Shown here in pieces: positions 60,504 through 64,000 of a DNA stretch of 64,000 nt. The translations under genes were made by a program, and so were the position numbers. Within the stretch, counting starts at the first letter, position 1; each line of letters begins with the position of its first letter. The notes under the pieces are model-generated. The model was not told the origin of the DNA. It ran no database searches and saw only the letters and a list, made by a program, of their open reading frames with translations. Source of the stretch: Hormiphora californensis (lineage: Eukaryota > Animalia > Ctenophora); assembly GCA_020137815.1 (NCBI GenBank), contig CM035361.1:5704001-5768000 (forward strand), given 5' to 3'.

Positions 60504-62370
60504 CTGGAAGAAAAATTCTAGCTAGGCATCACTATCTACCTAAATTATGCACTCTTTATCTCCTAATTCGTTTATTACCCATGTGATTTTCGGCTTAAAT
60601 TACTGCTTGTATGTTATTCTTTAAAAAAGGAGGCAGTTGCTTTCTCAATCTCGTTGTATTTGAACTAAATTTTTGGGCCTTATACAAGGTGGGCCACGGA
60701 TTGTTGGTAAGGGTTAGCGAGTTGTCCCGTCAAAACGGTGATAGTTGCGAGAATAAAAATCATGGGAGCACTCTGGATCAATTTCTTGGTAACTTTTTCC
60801 ATAATTTTTTGTCAAAAATTTGAAAATTCATTTTTCATTCCTTCATTCATTTCTCGTTCATTTATGATGTGAGCATCCTAATTTCTGCCCCTTTTTTTTA
60901 GAATGAAGTATTTGCATTTTTTAAGTTTCGAGAAAATCGACTTTAAAGTTTTTTAGAGGGTTTTTCGGAACTAAAATTGTCATAGAAGCCCAAATAGTAC
61001 GTCAAACGATTTATGACTTATACCACAAGAATCCTGAAGGAATTCTGCAGGACTTCCAATTATCAGCTATCATCAAATTTGTCTCAAATTGATGTCAGGC
61101 ATCAAAATTGATGCCTTACTCTGTTGGTTACTTCACTTATATTACAGTTTTGAAAATACTTCCGTTGCTAGACTGATATCGACTGAAGCATAATTTTTCG
61201 TGGTAGATACTTCAGTAATTACTTCACTCAAAAAAATACTTCATCATAATAGCAACAAAAGCACCTAAAAAGTACTTCACTTGCATATACTTCAGTAATT
61301 ACTTCATTCCTAAAAATACTTCTTCAGAACTGTATTCAAAATGCCTAAAAGTAACTTAATCGAACAAAAGTGTACATGTGCTTCAAAATCGCAATCTTAC
61401 TTCAATATTTTGGATAAAATCACAAACGAAGTTAATTTTCATTTAACACGCAGTGAAGTATAAAATGTGTTAGAATTCTTGCTAGTCTTGAAAGTAACTC
61501 CAGAGCAGCAGCTGCAGACAAACAGACGCACAGACAAACAGACGCACAAATTACAACTGCAGCAGCCTGCAGCAGCCTGCAGCAGCCTGCAGCAGCATAA
61601 AGAGATGGGCCGCCCGCCCTTCGGGCGGAATGTTAAAATCATGGTGCTGATAAATTGAGCGAAAACAGAAAAACGCTATGGCAACCCTCAAACTAAGACG
61701 AACCTGCAGATAAAATCTGGAAGATTAATCTGTTCCGGTACGAGTCATACTTTGAAATTGGTTGAGTTCGGCTTGTAATATCAGAGTGAAACATGGAGAT
61801 TGGAGATTCAAGAATTTTCTTCCGACCTCTACACAGGTCCGTGTTCATAAAATATGACAGACATACAAACAGATCACAGACATACAAACAGATCACAGAC
61901 AGACACACAGACAGACACACAGGCCAGTTCATTACATGTTTTAACAATCGATTGGCTGATAACCAGTCACGTGACCTGAATAATGAGCTCGGATTGGTTG
62001 TTTATTTGGTCCGGTCGGTTGCTGAGAGATAGAGAAAGGGTCTGACAGAGAGATAATATCGATGAGAGGGAACGGGAGTGAGATTGTCTCCATTCGGGTT
62101 ATTCACGAAGAGGAGTATTTGTCTAGGAGTGTGGGAATGTAAGGACAGAACAGTTAGATGACAATATATTTTGTTAATATTTGGATGATTTGTATCCGTA
62201 TTCTTTAATTTTTTACAAACATTTCAAATTCCCGTGAGTGTGATAGTTCAGTGACATGGGAGACAGTGGGAGGCAAAGTGACAGGGGTTACAATGGGAGG
62301 CAAAGTGACAGGGGTTACAATTGGAGATAAGGTGACAGGGGTGACAAAGGGATATAAGGTGACAGGCCCT

Positions 62371-63106
62371 CACTCACCCCCCTTCCCCAGGTCATCCTGC
62401 CTCCTAACTCACCCCCTTCCCCAGGTCATCCTGCCTCCTAACTCACCCCCCTTCCCCAGGTCATCCTGCCTCCTAACTCACCCCCCTTCCCTAGGTCATC
62501 CTGACCCCTAACTCACCCCCCTTCCCTAGGTCATCCTGCCTCCTAACTCACCCCCTTCCCCAGGTCATCCTGCCTCCTAACTCACCCCCTTCCCCAGGTT
62601 ATCCTGACCCCTAACTCACCCCCCTTCCCCAGGTCATCCTGCCTCCTAACTCACCCCCTTCCCCAGGTCATCCTGCCTCCTAACTCACCCCCTTCCCCAG
62701 GTCATCCTGCCTCGTAACTCACCCCCCTTCCCCAGGTTATCCTGACCCCTAACTCACCCCCCTTCCCCAGGTCATCCTGCCTCCTAACTCACCCCACTTC
62801 CTTAGGTTATCCTGACCCCTAACTCACCCCCTTCCCCAGGTCATCCTGCCTCCTAACTCACCCCCTTCCCTAGGTTATCCTGACCCCTAACTCACCCCCT
62901 TCCCTAGGTCATCCTGCCTCCTAACTCACCTCCCTTCCCTAGGTTATCCTGCCTCCTAACTCACCCCCCTTCCCCAGGTCATCCTGCCTCCTAATTCACC
63001 CCCTTCCCTAGGTTATCCTGCCTCCTAACTCACCCCCTTCCCTAGGTTATCCTGACCCCTAACTCACCCCCTTCCCCAGGTCATCCTGCCTCCTAACTCA
63101 CCCCCC
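62371..63106. repeat. ~35-bp minisatellite (ccccttccccaggtcatcctgcctcctaactcacc), ~21 copies
   Basis: Direct reading. Confidence 0.93.
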
Positions 63107-64000
63107 TGTAATTGCAATAGGAGAGACAAAACGAAACGGGTATACATTCAATGTACATGGTGGCTAACTAAGCAGCAGCTGCGTGTGGTGGGAGAAATGG
63201 CTTACCCTATATTTTTTACTATTTTACAACAAATGTCTGAGAGTGACAGAAACATTGTACCGCTGCAGCATGATACGATACACACGGATGTCCGTTAGCT
63301 ACTATTTGAACTCCAGACAGGTTGAGTTTTCAAACCAGCTGCAGCTGGCCCCCTAGCCTTTCGGAATGATGTAAATTTGAAACCAAACGCTAGGGCAATA
63401 ACTTATAAAACCTTATGAGGTCAGTGTTTGACAACACTGTTTGTGGTGTCTCTCTCTCTTTGTCTCAGAGTGACACTCTTACATAGAGATAATCCCAGAA
63501 TCATGATCACCCCGGCCCCCAGACATCTCTTCTCCACTTGTTGAGTTACCTAACAACTGGTTGTGTTGTGTCGTTACGACAGTACGGTACTGGAACATAA
63601 TGCTACCTTTGAATGTGGGGTTCTAAGTTCGAAGAATGAGATTGGAGTGACGTAGTTGTGACGGTGAGGATGAGTAATTCGAGATGTGAACGATAATTAT
63701 AATTACTCAGAATAGAATAATTATTATAGGGATCGCCTCCGTTCGACCTTCATCATGATGATGCTGCAGCAAAGAACAAATCTTGGAAATTACTTCATTT
63801 GGCCGGACTTGTGTTATAAATGGCACATATTATAATAAAAAATGAAGTATTCTTAAGTTATGAAGTATTTTTTCTGGATGCGACAAGAAGCATTTGAATT
63901 CCACAGATTTATGAAGCATTTTCAAATTGAAGTAAATGAAGTGAAGTATCTTCTGATTTGAAAATACTTCAAACAAAATCTGCAACTGATTTATGAAGCA

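Overview
Intron-rich, repeat-dense animal (eukaryotic) genomic DNA. It is most likely a cydippid ctenophore of the Pleurobrachia/Hormiphora type. That is an inference from recall of the ~110-bp CAGGAACCGACCGA hAT MITE and of a recurring ~140-aa secreted domain, and was not database-checked. Hand splicing with GT-AG boundaries and reading-phase checks supports seven genes. (1) A frameshifted secreted domain+Sushi gene (-, 2598-4044). (2) A 10-exon acidic/PH/coiled-coil gene (-, 15442-32355). (3) A secreted 3x[domain+Sushi] gene nested antisense in its intron (+, 24701-27731). (4) DCTN5. (5) PPT1, with an apparent 1-nt frameshift. (6) A 5'-partial WD40 gene (-, 42912-60503). (7) A secreted discoidin/F-type-lectin-like gene nested antisense in its intron (+, 48290-49368). 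Introns contain many DNA-transposon derivatives with readable TSDs (hAT, pogo/Tc1, piggyBac, Chapaev-like, Transib/RAG-like, Merlin/MULE-like), several 0.6-0.8-kb-arm foldback elements, an ORF1-only retroelement and a Penelope-type hammerhead motif. The two most striking signals are a recurrent tandem amplification of the genes' own splice junctions, up to ~45 copies of a 5' splice site, and a CACTATG-ended, 5-bp-TSD element whose two ends differ by exactly 11 bp, as in the 12/23 rule. Some stretches (5.55-8.6 kb, 13.1-13.3 kb, 22.85-23.46 kb) look like error-rich long-read or fold-back assembly sequence.
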